Assembly: GCA_038891615.1 (NCBI GenBank)
Contig: JAWADY010000001.1
Span: 64,001 to 128,000, forward strand
From: Candidatus Woesearchaeota archaeon
Lineage (GTDB): Archaea > Nanobdellota > Nanobdellia > Woesearchaeales > ARS49
Length of the DNA stretch: 64,000 bases
Direction: 5' to 3'
Below are positions 8,794 to 18,988 of this stretch, one piece after another. The position numbers were made by a program, and so were the translations under genes. The notes under the pieces are model-generated. The model worked only from the letters and a program-made list of their open reading frames with translations. It was not told the origin of the DNA and searched no databases. Positions within the stretch are counted from its first letter, which is position 1, and each line of letters opens with the position of its first letter.

Positions 8794-10338
8794 ATGAACA
8801 AGAGCATGCTGCAAAAGCCAAAAAAGCCCTTTGTCTTAGTTATTCTTGATGGATGGGGTATAAGAAAGGACAGAAGAGGAAATGCAGTTGCACAAGCAAG
8901 GCTACCTAACTATAAATCATTTCTTAGAAAATATCCGCACACAGAACTAAAAGCAGCTGAAGAAGCTGTAGGGCTTGTCAAAGGTGCGATTGGCAATTCT
9001 GAAGTTGGGCATATGAACATAGGAGCTGGAAGAATAGTATATCAGGAGCTCGTAAGAATAAATCGCTCAATCGCTGATGGAAGCTTTTTCAGAAATCCTG
9101 TGCTTTTGGAAGCTGCCAAAAAAGTCAAAAAGGCAGGTTCTGCGCTACATCTGTTTGGGCTTTTGTCAGACGGAAAGGTACATTCTGAAATTTCGCACCT
9201 CTTTGCATTGTTGAGATTTGCAAAAAAGCAAGACATTGTTAATACTTGGATTCATTGCATCCTTGATGGCCGTGATGTTGCACCAAAGAGCGCTGAGAGG
9301 TATTTGCTAGAGTTGCAAAGGGAGATGAGAAGGATTGGTATTGGAAAGATAGCAACAGTCATTGGTCGATACTACGCAATGGACAGAGATAAGCGTTGGG
9401 AAAGAACTGAAAAGGCATACAATGCAATGTTAGGAATTGGCCCAAGGTTTAAGACCGCGCTTGGAGCTTTAAAGGGCTACTATGCCCGTGGAATCACAGA
9501 CGAGTTTGTCCTTCCAACAGTCATTGGTAATTTTGAAGGAATCAAAAATGATGATGTGCTCGTTTTCTTCAACTTTCGTTCAGACAGAGCAAGGCAGCTT
9601 ACAATGGCTTTTATTAACAAAAGGTTTGGTTGGTTCAAGCGTAAGCTGGTGAAAGTTCATTTTGTCGGAATGTGTGAATACGACCCAAAGTTTCATATAC
9701 CTGTTATCTGCCCTCCAGTCATTCCAAAAGGCATCTTAGGGGAGCTCCTCTCCAAGGCAGGACTTAGGCAGTTGAGAATTGCTGAGAGCGAAAAGTATGC
9801 TCACGTAACTTATTTCTTTAACAACGGCATTGAAAAGCCCTTTCCAAATGAAGATAGAATAATCATTCCTAGTCCAAAGGTTGCAACATACGACTTGGCA
9901 CCAGAAATGAGAACAAAGGAAATAACAGACGCGCTTTTAAACGAACTTCAAGAAGACATCTATGATTTTGCAGTTGTTAATTTTGCTAGTCCTGATATGG
10001 TTGGCCATACTGGAAAGATTGATGCAGCAATTCGTGCCCTTGAAGTTGTTGACAATCAGCTTGGTAGGATTGTACAGCTTGTGTTGGAAAAAAAAGGAGT
10101 GGTAATAATAACAGCAGACCACGGCAATTGCGAGGAGATGATAGGAAAACGACGAACATCGCACACATTGGCGCCTGTTCCTTTCATTCTTATTGATGGA
10201 CGTGTTCCGGTTGGTCTTTCGAGGCATCGCCCAGTCAGGCTTAGGAAGGGCTTGTTAGGGGATGTTGCCCCAACAATCCTCAAACTTATGGGAATAAAAA
10301 AACCAAAGGAAATGACCGGGAAAAGTTTAATGGTCTAA
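8794..10338 (+). CDS. gpmI: 2,3-bisphosphoglycerate-independent phosphoglycerate mutase (bacterial GpmI type)
   Basis: ILDGWG, GNSEVGH, DGRD, GRYYAMDRD, DMVGHTG, TADHGN. Confidence 0.97.
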   Translation: MNKSMLQKPKKPFVLVILDGWGIRKDRRGNAVAQARLPNYKSFLRKYPHTELKAAEEAVGLVKGAIGNSEVGHMNIGAGRIVYQELVRINRSIADGSFFRNPVLLEAAKKVKKAGSALHLFGLLSDGKVHSEISHLFALLRFAKKQDIVNTWIHCILDGRDVAPKSAERYLLELQREMRRIGIGKIATVIGRYYAMDRDKRWERTEKAYNAMLGIGPRFKTALGALKGYYARGITDEFVLPTVIGNFEGIKNDDVLVFFNFRSDRARQLTMAFINKRFGWFKRKLVKVHFVGMCEYDPKFHIPVICPPVIPKGILGELLSKAGLRQLRIAESEKYAHVTYFFNNGIEKPFPNEDRIIIPSPKVATYDLAPEMRTKEITDALLNELQEDIYDFAVVNFASPDMVGHTGKIDAAIRALEVVDNQLGRIVQLVLEKKGVVIITADHGNCEEMIGKRRTSHTLAPVPFILIDGRVPVGLSRHRPVRLRKGLLGDVAPTILKLMGIKKPKEMTGKSLMV

Positions 10339-10356
10339 AACGACAGCGCGCTTTTG

Positions 10357-12168
10357 TCATTGCTCGCTTTTCTCGATAGCCAGATTGTGCGCCTTGATGT
10401 AATTTCTAATGAACTTTCTCCAATCTGCTGTTGCCGCAATCATCCGCGCAGTGAATTTGTTTTCTGTTCGTTCTTCAGGTGTCATGTGTGCATAATCGTA
10501 CATGAAGTTCGCAAGGTCCTTGATAACATCCTCATCCTTTCTTTTGTATCTTTTTAGCACAAACACACCAGGATATCTCCCTTGCTCGCATTCTGTGCAA
10601 ATGTATCTTCCAAAGCCCGAGAGGTCTGTTGTTACTGAAGAAACTCCAAGCGCGGCTGCTTCAAGTGGAGTGTAGCCCCATGGCTCGTAGAAAGAAGGAA
10701 ATATCCCAAGATGACTTCCAAGCATCGATTCATAATATGTCGTGTCAAGTAAGCCATCAGCGCCAGTGAGATAAATTGGATAAAATACAACTTTTACCCT
10801 GTCACTTTCTTCGTTTGTCAGACCAGCTACCTTCAATGAGTTTATTATCAAATCTGATTCCTCATTGTAGAGGTCGTGCGTTGATATAGGAACTTTGCCC
10901 TTTTTAAGCAGCCTCAAAGTCTTAATCCTGAGTTCCTCGAATTCTTCTTCACTGAACAACTCTTTTTTTGAAATCTCTCGATTGGCAATAAGTGCATATA
11001 AAATCCTGTCACGAATATCTTCACTCATGTCATCGACACTGTCTTTTATGTCTCCAAAAAGGGTTTTGTTCTCAAGGAGCTCAGGCTTTATCCCTTTTGC
11101 ATTTCCAGGAATCCAAAAGAATGCGACTATGGTTATTGGAGATTTTTCTTTTTTAAGTCGCTCATTTAGCAAAGAGAGTGCCTTTATGAAAATGTCAACT
11201 CCTTTATCGTGAAACTCATAACGTCCTGCAAGAAAATAAATGAGCGTCTTCTTTATCTCAAAACGGTAGTATGGAAAAAAGTAGAAAAGGATAAAATGCC
11301 TTATCCTATCATTGAATAGTTTATGCTTAACGGATGCTTCTTCAAATGTTGGAAATTTTTCCATATCAAGACCATTTGGTAGCAATAAGTCTGCCTTTCT
11401 TCCAAGAATGTGCTCGGCCTCCATCGCAGTCAGTTCGCTTACTGTGCTAAAAACATCTGCACTTTTTGCACAGGCTTGTTCTAATTGATGTTTTGCTAAC
11501 AATCCGGGCCCCCTTGCCCGCGCCTCCTGCTGTGCGTTTATTTTTGGAATTATGTCATAGAAGTCTGCCCTTTCGCTCGCCAATGCCCTACCGAGAGTAG
11601 TGGCATGGGTTGTAAAGACTGTTCCAACTTTTGCTTCCACGCTCTTTAAATAAAGTAAGCCAGCGCCTGAAAGCCATTCATGAAATTGTGCGACAACCTT
11701 TCCTCCAAAAACCTTTGCCAATTCCTCAATAACCTTCCCAGCAGCCCATGACCAAATGACAGGCTCGTCAAAATCATAGTACTCTGTGTAAAGCGAATCT
11801 ATACCATACAATTCCCACAGCCTACGCTTTATATCGTTTTTATTCTTTGCAAAATTTGTGAAATCTATGAGTATGACCAAAGGATTGCCCTTAGTGAGCC
11901 ATCTGCCACAATGGCACTCAATCCCATCCTTTCGGAGTTTGTCAAATGGCTCCTTGCATTCGGCTGGCGCAATTGTTTCTTCAAAAATTCCAGACGCCTT
12001 TTGAGGAAAATAAGGACCAAGGAGAAAATACTTTCTGCCGTAAATATTCACCATTTGTTGCGCTTTAGATTGAACAACAGTAAAAATTCCTCCAATCTTG
12101 TTGCAAACTTCCCAAGAAACCTCAAACACAATCCCTGCTTGTGGTTGAATCTCTTGTTCCTGCGCCAT
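10357..12168 (-). CDS. Glycogen synthase, GT3 family
   Basis: FEVSWEVCNKIGGI, FTTHATTLGR, GRYEFHDKG, FPSFYEPWGYTPLE. Confidence 0.92.
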   Translation of the reverse strand: MAQEQEIQPQAGIVFEVSWEVCNKIGGIFTVVQSKAQQMVNIYGRKYFLLGPYFPQKASGIFEETIAPAECKEPFDKLRKDGIECHCGRWLTKGNPLVILIDFTNFAKNKNDIKRRLWELYGIDSLYTEYYDFDEPVIWSWAAGKVIEELAKVFGGKVVAQFHEWLSGAGLLYLKSVEAKVGTVFTTHATTLGRALASERADFYDIIPKINAQQEARARGPGLLAKHQLEQACAKSADVFSTVSELTAMEAEHILGRKADLLLPNGLDMEKFPTFEEASVKHKLFNDRIRHFILFYFFPYYRFEIKKTLIYFLAGRYEFHDKGVDIFIKALSLLNERLKKEKSPITIVAFFWIPGNAKGIKPELLENKTLFGDIKDSVDDMSEDIRDRILYALIANREISKKELFSEEEFEELRIKTLRLLKKGKVPISTHDLYNEESDLIINSLKVAGLTNEESDRVKVVFYPIYLTGADGLLDTTYYESMLGSHLGIFPSFYEPWGYTPLEAAALGVSSVTTDLSGFGRYICTECEQGRYPGVFVLKRYKRKDEDVIKDLANFMYDYAHMTPEERTENKFTARMIAATADWRKFIRNYIKAHNLAIEKSEQ

Positions 12169-12255
12169 TTTGCTTTTGCAGTCTGTTGAGTAATTAAAAA
12201 TTTCACACTACTTTTAAGTAGGAATTCTTAGATGAGTCCTCTTAAGCAATCTAGC

Positions 12256-12666
12256 CTATCCAAACTGCCAGCCGATATAGCTGTCAATGCTCAGTTTTCC
12301 TGCCCCAAGCAGGAAGAGTGCAGCAGCCACAGCCAAAACAAGCAAGTCCCAGTCCCATTCGGCTTCCCCTGAAGCAAAATTCTTCTTCCACTTAAACACT
12401 TTCAGGTATAAAATGGTGATAAACTCAAAGATAATGAGGGCGGCAGCGACTCTTGTGAAGACTCCTGCGATGAGCGCAAGTCCTCCAATAAATTCAGAAA
12501 TAACAAGGAGAAATGCCCAAAAACTTCCTGGTTTAAATCCAATCCCTTTAAGCCAGCCTGCTGTCTGACTAAATCCTTTCACCTTTGGCAAGCCGTGCCC
12601 TACCATTAGTAATCCAAGTGCTGCTCTTAAGAAAACAGGCGCCCATCCAACAATCAACTCAGCCAT
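12256..12666 (-). CDS. DoxX family membrane protein
   Basis: LRAALG...HGLPK, EFIGGL...GVFTR, GAGKLSID. Confidence 0.9.
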   Translation of the reverse strand: MAELIVGWAPVFLRAALGLLMVGHGLPKVKGFSQTAGWLKGIGFKPGSFWAFLLVISEFIGGLALIAGVFTRVAAALIIFEFITILYLKVFKWKKNFASGEAEWDWDLLVLAVAAALFLLGAGKLSIDSYIGWQFG

Positions 12667-12711
12667 GTCTTCACCTCCAATTCATTCAACACTTCGCGCT
12701 CTGTGGGATGT

Positions 12712-13146
12712 TTAAAGCAGTGATGTTACGACAATGAGATATGCTGCAATAAGTAGCCACACAATATTCTCAAAAAGCTTTGACCAACTTAAAGGAACTT
12801 TTATTGCTGTTCCATAGCAGCCGCAGTTTTCCATCTTTATCTTTCTTACCAAAGCTGTGAAAACAAAAAAAGTGTTAATGAGCATTAGAAAAAAAGAAGC
12901 TATTGCGACAATCCTTAACCCAATGCCAGTGAGCAGCAAAATCCCTACTGTCATCTCAGCAAATGGGAGTATGTGTGCAGACAGCCTTGCAAGTGGGAAA
13001 GGCAAAATTCCATATTTCATAACAATCCTGCTAAATCCCTTTAGGTCCGGAATCTTGAGGACGGCGCTGAAGAAAAATATGAATCCCAAAAGGAGTCTTG
13101 CGACAAATACCGCCTCAGGGCCAATAAGATTTACGAAAGCTACCAT
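12712..13146 (-). CDS. MauE/DoxX-like membrane protein
   Basis: RLLLG.IF...K, LPFAE...G.LLL.G, CGCYG motif. Confidence 0.85.
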   Translation of the reverse strand: MVAFVNLIGPEAVFVARLLLGFIFFFSAVLKIPDLKGFSRIVMKYGILPFPLARLSAHILPFAEMTVGILLLTGIGLRIVAIASFFLMLINTFFVFTALVRKIKMENCGCYGTAIKVPLSWSKLFENIVWLLIAAYLIVVTSLL

Positions 13147-13380
13147 CTTTTTATAGTTGTTTTTTGTATTATTTAAAAACCTATCGTAACATTGACTGTA
13201 AAGTTAGCAGCACCTATTTTGTTGCAAAAAGATAATCTAGCACCAAAAGATTATATGCTTCAGGTACCGAATACCTTGCCTCGTAGGTATATAAATTTTT
13301 TACAAGCTACCGCATAACCTTTATAATGTTCAGCAATTTATCTTGTCAAAAATCTGTGAATTAAAAGAGGTAAGGTAAAT

Positions 13381-13616
13381 ATGCCATTTGCCAGGACGCC
13401 AAGTGGTTCCGGGAAGTCCACAATGATGGCGCTGCTTGGCTGTCTTGACTTTCCATAAAAGGGAAAGGTGTTTCTTGACCAGAAAGATATAACAAAGCTA
13501 AGCGAAAACCGCTTGGCGCGCTTGCATTCTCATTCATGATATGAATGCTATCTGGCGTGCTTCCCGCATTGCAGGCATCAAGGCTGAAGCCAATAGAGTC
13601 ATTGCGCTACGAATGA
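13381..13616 (+). pseudogene. Collapsed remnant of a MacB/LolD-type ABC transporter operon (ATPase N-terminus plus permease C-terminus)
   Basis: 13381: MPFARTPSGSGKSTMMALLGCLDFP*KGKVFLDQKDITKLSENRLARL (Walker A region, internal TAA). 13551-13616: SGVLPALQASRLKPIESLRYE* (FtsX/MacB permease end). Confidence 0.85.
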
Positions 13617-13690
13617 TGTGGTGCTGTTCTCTGCGGACGGCAGACTTAGGGAGAAAACGGGCAATGGATTTGATAGGGTTAAGTGTTATG

Positions 13691-14308
13691 TTATGCGCTT
13701 TCTGTGCGTGCCTTCTTAAGTGCTCTTGCCCACCAGAGAAGCTCATTAAGGAATCTCTCCACAGGATCGCCCATAGTGCCTTTACGCACTGGTTCGAACA
13801 TTTCAGGACCCTGAGGACCTTTGCCCATCATCGCCGCAAAAAATATATCAACTGGAATATGAATTGAGTTTCTAATAGGTGCCATTTGAAGTTCAATGGC
13901 AACTTGCCGAAGCTGTTCAACTGCGCGAGCACCTAAAGCACTGCCATAACTTACAAAACCGACTGGTTTTCTATTCCATTCTGGGTATATCACATCCATT
14001 GCGTTTTTGAGAACCGCAGGATAGCCATGATTATATTCCGGGGTTACTATAATAAACGCGTCTCCATCATTAATTTTTTCTGACCATTTTTTTACTACTT
14101 CATTTGGATATTGTCTCTTTGCCATCGAAGGTGATATTGTTTCATCAAAAAATGGCATCGGATAATCGCGCAGATCTAGGAGCTCAGCTTCCACATCTTT
14201 CAGCTTTTTTATTTCTTCAAAAATCCACTGTGCCGGTTTTTCGCTGAAACGATTTTGCCTAGTGCTGCCAATAATGATTTTAATTTTAATACTGCTCATA
14301 CTATTCAT
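13691..14308 (-). CDS. NADPH-dependent FMN reductase (flavodoxin-like)
   Basis: GSTRQNR, TPEYNHGYPAVLKNAMD, GARAVEQLR. Confidence 0.93.
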   Translation of the reverse strand: MNSMSSIKIKIIIGSTRQNRFSEKPAQWIFEEIKKLKDVEAELLDLRDYPMPFFDETISPSMAKRQYPNEVVKKWSEKINDGDAFIIVTPEYNHGYPAVLKNAMDVIYPEWNRKPVGFVSYGSALGARAVEQLRQVAIELQMAPIRNSIHIPVDIFFAAMMGKGPQGPEMFEPVRKGTMGDPVERFLNELLWWARALKKARTESA

Positions 14309-14546
14309 TACCTCCTTGATTTATTTTATAAAATTTTTGTTTTTGAACTTCTTTTGATAAATTCTTCAGAATTCTGAGAATATAATCTGTGTTAATTGTG
14401 TAAGATATTTCTTGTCCTTTTCTTTCGTTAATCACGATATTGTTGTTTTTAAGTAGTCTAAGATGCTGTGATACTGCAGGTTGAGACAGTCCAGCTATCT
14501 TGACCAATTCCCTAACTGTTTTTTGTCCATTAAGCAGAGCCTCCAC
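14301..14546 (-). CDS. ArsR/SmtB family transcriptional regulator (start uncertain)
   Basis: TVRELV...LSQPAVSQHLRLLK...ERKGQEISY. The frame stays open to 14627 (CLFTNEIEKFGKSIESTSRYKI) with no ATG. Confidence 0.85.
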   Translation of the reverse strand: MEALLNGQKTVRELVKIAGLSQPAVSQHLRLLKNNNIVINERKGQEISYTINTDYILRILKNLSKEVQKQKFYKINQGGNE

Positions 14547-14634
14547 AATTTTATAGCGAGATGTACTCTCTATACTTTTACCAAATTTTTCTATCTCATT
14601 TGTGAACAGACATAGATGACTTTTACTTTACATC

Positions 14635-17277
14635 TCATAAAACATTTTCTTTAGCCATTCTTATCATCAGCCACTTGTGCAACTCGATGTAAAACGCGCC
14701 TGTAAGTGAAATAAGCACTATAATGACAAATTTACTTAGAGGCAATGCTGTTGTGTGGAAAAACTTGTTCAGTAATGGTGTATAGACAATTGCGAGTTGG
14801 AGTGCTAGAGAGATAAGGAATGTTGCAACAAGCGATTTGTTTCTGAACGGCCCTATCTTAAGCACGGGTTTTTCAATCGATCTGCTGCTAAAAGACTGAA
14901 AAAGCTCATAAAGAACAACAGATGTAAATGCAGCTGTTTGTGCCATCGTAAGCGAACTTTTTGCAAACCAACTAAAAATCAAGAGAACTCCTACGCTCGA
15001 CACAATTGGATAGCCTATAAGGAAGTGTTGCATACCTTCAAAAATGTTCTTTTCAGGTTTTCGTGGAGGCCTTGACATTAGCCCATGCTCTGGAGGGTCA
15101 ACTCCGAGCGCCAGTGCAGGCAACCCATCTGTAAAGAGGTTTATCAGCAAAATGTGTATAGCAGCAAGTGGGAGCGGTAGACCTATTAGTATTGATGAAA
15201 GGATAATAAGGACTTCAGCCAGATTTCCAGAAAAAAGATAAGCAAAGAACTTCCTGATGTTATCATAAATTCTTCGCCCTTCTTCAACTGCTGCAACAAT
15301 GCTTGCAAAATTATCGTCCGCAATTACCATTGCGCTTGCCTCGCGCGCGACATCAGTTCCTGTCTTTCCCATCGCAATGCCAATCGAGGCTTTTTTTAAG
15401 GCTGGTGCGTCATTAACGCCATCACCAGTCATTGCAACGATGTGACCTTTTGACTCAAAAGCTTCAATTATCCTTATCTTTTGGATTGGGTCGACCCTCG
15501 CATAGATGCCAATTTCCTCAACAATCTGTTTAAGGCGTTCATCATCAGTATGAGCAAGTTCAAGGCCAGTCATTGCCTTTCCTTCAATGCCAAGCTCTTT
15601 TGCTATTGCAATGGCAGTTGCAAGATGGTCCCCAGTTACCATCACAACTTTAATTCCAGCACTTTTGCATTTTTTAATGGCTTCTTTTACCTCTTGCCTT
15701 GGAGGATCGACCATGGCTTGCATGCCTACAAAAATCATTCCCTTTTCAACTTCTGTGGCAACAACCTTCTCATCCTTCAGCTCTTTGTAGGCAAAACCAA
15801 GAACCCTCAAAGCCATGTTTGCGAGCTTTTCGTTTTCTTCAAGAACAGTCTCTTTTTCTGCCTTTGTGAAGCGAAGGATTCTGCCATTCACGAGCTGATA
15901 ATCGCAAAGGCCAACAATTATTTCGGGTGCGCCCTTAGTAAATGCAACTTTTTTCTTTCCATACCTGTGGATTGTTGTCATTCGCTTTCTCTCAGGAGTA
16001 AATGCTATCTCGCTTTCTTTTGGATTTTCAATCTTCAACTTCTCAATGTCTATGCCTGCCTTCTCTGCCGCAACAATAAGGGCTGCTTCGGTTGGATCCC
16101 CGACAATCTCTGCCTCTTCAGGTCCCAATCTGCGCAACTGACAATTGTTGTTCAGAACACCCATTTGGAGCAGCAACTCAAAATCTTTAGGGCTCGAGTC
16201 AAAAGTTCCTTTTAGAGAGTATCCAGAACCGCTGACATTTATCAGCCTTTTGTTGGCATAGATTTTTCTTACAGTCATCTCGTTGCATGTCAGTGTCCCT
16301 GTCTTATCAGCGCAAATGACAGTGCATGCACCAAGGCTTTCAACAGCAGGAAGGCTCCGCATGAGAGCGTTACGCTTTGCCATTCGCTTAACTCCAAATG
16401 CAAGAGATATTGTGACAACGGCAGGCAAGCCCTCTGGGATTGCTGCAACCGCAAGCGCAATCGCAGATAAAAGAATTGTTTCTTTGGCTATGCCACGTAT
16501 CATTCCAAGAGCAAAGGTAATCACTGCAATCCCAAGCACAACCAATATGATAAACCTGCTCAACTTTCTTAGTTTTTTCTGAAGTATTGTTTCAACAGGT
16601 TTTGCCTTTTCTATCATTCGCGCAGTCTTTCCAACCTCGGTTGCTTTTCCAGTTGCAGTCACCACTGCTTTTGCCCTTCCCGCAGTCACCACTGTTCCTG
16701 CAAAAACGCTGTTTGTTCTGTCAGCCACAGATGTATCGGTTGGCAATGGCTCAAGCTGCTTTACGACAGGAACAGATTCGCCTGTTAGACTTGCTTCTTG
16801 GCACTCAAGATTGTAAAGCTCAATGAGCCTTGCATCAGCTGGAATCTTGTCTCCACTTTCAAGAACAAGAATGTCTCCAGGGACAACTTCGCGCGCATCA
16901 ATAATCTTCTCAATGCCATCGCGCACGACTTTTGCCTTTTGGGCAGTCATTTGCTTAAGGGCTTCAATTGCAGCCTCAGCTTTATATTCTTGCACAAATC
17001 CCAAAACGGCATTTAGTATTACAATTGCAGCAATTGCGGTTGCATCGGTTAGTTCGCCAATAGTTGCAGCAAAGATTGTTGCTGCTATAAGAACCAGCAC
17101 AATTGGGCTCTTGAATTGTCCGATGAGAATCTTCAGCCAAGAGATTCTTTCCTCGCGTTCAATCGTATTTGGTCCGTGCAGTCTTAACCTGACTTTGGCT
17201 TCTGTATCCGTCAAGCCATTCAGGCTGCTTCTAAGAGCCTTTAATACCTCTTTTGCATCTTCGTCATAATAATGCAT
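14635..17277 (-). CDS. P-type cation (Ca2+-type, P2A) transporting ATPase
   Basis: LTGES, IPEGLP, DKTGTLT, KGAPE, MVTGD, TGDGVNDAPAL. ATG 17277 follows a TATA box near 17306-17314. Confidence 0.95.
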   Translation of the reverse strand: MHYYDEDAKEVLKALRSSLNGLTDTEAKVRLRLHGPNTIEREERISWLKILIGQFKSPIVLVLIAATIFAATIGELTDATAIAAIVILNAVLGFVQEYKAEAAIEALKQMTAQKAKVVRDGIEKIIDAREVVPGDILVLESGDKIPADARLIELYNLECQEASLTGESVPVVKQLEPLPTDTSVADRTNSVFAGTVVTAGRAKAVVTATGKATEVGKTARMIEKAKPVETILQKKLRKLSRFIILVVLGIAVITFALGMIRGIAKETILLSAIALAVAAIPEGLPAVVTISLAFGVKRMAKRNALMRSLPAVESLGACTVICADKTGTLTCNEMTVRKIYANKRLINVSGSGYSLKGTFDSSPKDFELLLQMGVLNNNCQLRRLGPEEAEIVGDPTEAALIVAAEKAGIDIEKLKIENPKESEIAFTPERKRMTTIHRYGKKKVAFTKGAPEIIVGLCDYQLVNGRILRFTKAEKETVLEENEKLANMALRVLGFAYKELKDEKVVATEVEKGMIFVGMQAMVDPPRQEVKEAIKKCKSAGIKVVMVTGDHLATAIAIAKELGIEGKAMTGLELAHTDDERLKQIVEEIGIYARVDPIQKIRIIEAFESKGHIVAMTGDGVNDAPALKKASIGIAMGKTGTDVAREASAMVIADDNFASIVAAVEEGRRIYDNIRKFFAYLFSGNLAEVLIILSSILIGLPLPLAAIHILLINLFTDGLPALALGVDPPEHGLMSRPPRKPEKNIFEGMQHFLIGYPIVSSVGVLLIFSWFAKSSLTMAQTAAFTSVVLYELFQSFSSRSIEKPVLKIGPFRNKSLVATFLISLALQLAIVYTPLLNKFFHTTALPLSKFVIIVLISLTGAFYIELHKWLMIRMAKENVL

Positions 17278-17424
17278 TTCTTCTCTCCAAGCATTTTGCA
17301 CCCGCTTTATATAAACTTTTGTAGGCAAAGTTTCCCTTTAAAGTGGTTTTTCAAAAAAAGTGACCGCCCTTTTCAACAGGTTGACCAGATACATTTATAA
17401 ATGAGCCCTAAACATCCATGAATC

Positions 17425-17877
17425 ATGGTTAGCTTTAAGCTCGTCATTGGAACAAAGACAGGAGTTTGCGTACAAAAGGAATTGCAAGAGCCAGGTTCAA
17501 GGGTGTTTTTGGGTAAAAAGATAGGCGAAGTTGTTAAAGGGGATGAACTTGGGCTTCCTGAGCTTGCAGGCTATGAATTTCTCATTACAGGGGGTTCTGA
17601 TGACTGCGGTTTTCCAATGAGAGCGGATGTGGCTGGGGTTGGGAGAAGAAGGATTCTTGCAGTAGCTGGTGTTGGCGTGAAAAAGGTTGGAAAGGGCATA
17701 AGAATAAGAAAAACTGTTTGTGGAAACACAATTCATCCAAAGATTTCTCAAATAAACCTCAAAGTGACAAAAGAAGGAAGCAAACCACTTTTTGTGGCTG
17801 GAGCTGGTGAAACAGCAAAGGCTGAAAAGGAAAAGTCTGCAGAGGCTGAAAAGCAAGAAAAGCCTGCAAAGCAGTAA
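17425..17877 (+). CDS. rps6e: 30S ribosomal protein S6e
   Basis: GKKIGE, ITGGSDDCGFPMR, RKTVCGNTI, QINLK. Confidence 0.96.
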   Translation: MVSFKLVIGTKTGVCVQKELQEPGSRVFLGKKIGEVVKGDELGLPELAGYEFLITGGSDDCGFPMRADVAGVGRRRILAVAGVGVKKVGKGIRIRKTVCGNTIHPKISQINLKVTKEGSKPLFVAGAGETAKAEKEKSAEAEKQEKPAKQ

Positions 17878-18041
17878 ATCGTAAAAGGCTGCATAGAGGC
17901 TAAGCCTTGAGCAGTCGTCAATTAGTTGCGGACATTACTCAACTTTGCTTTTCTTCTGAAAACCGCGAAAGTTTTATAAAGCATTTGAGCGTTTGCTTTT
18001 TAAAATTTAGTTCAACTGTCCGGTTAAAAAAGGTGGTGTTT

Positions 18042-18974
18042 TTGGAACAAAACGAGTTCATAAAAAAATTTGTTGAGCGCTATAAAGAAGTTGAAAAGTT
18101 TCTATCAAACCATGATGTTGATAGGGCAAAAAAAGCCTATAACGACCTTCTTGAGAGCTATAAGGATTTATCTGATTCAAACTTAAGTGAAATCCACAAG
18201 ATGATTGCATATGACAAGACGCGCAGTCTTTATGACAGACTAAATGAGATGGAAATAAACTCAAGGGAGGCCAAACTTAAGAAGACTGACTTGAAAAAAC
18301 CCCAGGCACTAAAAGCAGCCCTCATGCTAATATCAATTATCTTTGCTTTGGCAATCCTTTTTCAGCCAAAATTTGCAGGCCTTGTTACGCTTTCAAATTT
18401 TACTTTTGTAGATGTTCTCAGCGCTCAATTTGAGGGTAATGAAAATCACACTTTTATTCTCCACAAACAACCAATATCCCTTAAGGTCAGTGGATATCTA
18501 ACTTCAAACGGAAGTGCAAAACTTTACCTTTTGACCAACGGAACAAGGATGTTAGTTTATGACAGCTCGATGAATGGAAGGGAATTTGAAGAAGTCTGCA
18601 TTGAAACTTGCAGCCTTCAAGGCGTCCCAAAGAACATAACTCTTGCTTCGGAACTTGCGAATACATCATTAGTCCTAACAAAAATAAATTATGTATCTGA
18701 TGTCAGCACAAATAAAGCACCAGAGTGGAAAGCGGGTTATATCTTTAACATTCCTGTTGGCACGCCTTACAAGATATACCTTGATGATTATTTTGTAGAC
18801 CCGGATGGCGACAGGCTGGTCTATTTGGCAACACAAGCAGAAGGTTTGGAGGTTAAAGTGGAGGGCAATGTTGTTACATTGTTAGCCAAAAGTACTGGAA
18901 CAAGAGAGCTAACCTTCATCGCATCCGACCTTGTGAGTGTAACCCGTGTGCCTGTCAAGATTTTCATATCATAG
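18042..18974 (+). CDS. Membrane-anchored surface protein with C-terminal cadherin-like domain
   Basis: Helical N-terminus, one TM, then NKAP...LDDYFVDPDGDRLVY. TTG 18042 follows AGGTGG (ORF track start 17907). Confidence 0.65.
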   Translation: MEQNEFIKKFVERYKEVEKFLSNHDVDRAKKAYNDLLESYKDLSDSNLSEIHKMIAYDKTRSLYDRLNEMEINSREAKLKKTDLKKPQALKAALMLISIIFALAILFQPKFAGLVTLSNFTFVDVLSAQFEGNENHTFILHKQPISLKVSGYLTSNGSAKLYLLTNGTRMLVYDSSMNGREFEEVCIETCSLQGVPKNITLASELANTSLVLTKINYVSDVSTNKAPEWKAGYIFNIPVGTPYKIYLDDYFVDPDGDRLVYLATQAEGLEVKVEGNVVTLLAKSTGTRELTFIASDLVSVTRVPVKIFIS

Positions 18975-18988
18975 CTAAGCATTTCAAA

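Noticed and set aside
13456-13458. Stop-codon recoding suggested by the in-frame TAA
   Set aside because: The fragment is truncated anyway, and intact genes end in TAA, TAG and TGA normally.
15044-17269. Long antisense ORFs here and opposite metG, ftsZ, srp54, the S8 protease and the lipoprotein
   Set aside because: These are shadow frames of well-supported genes and have no motifs of their own.
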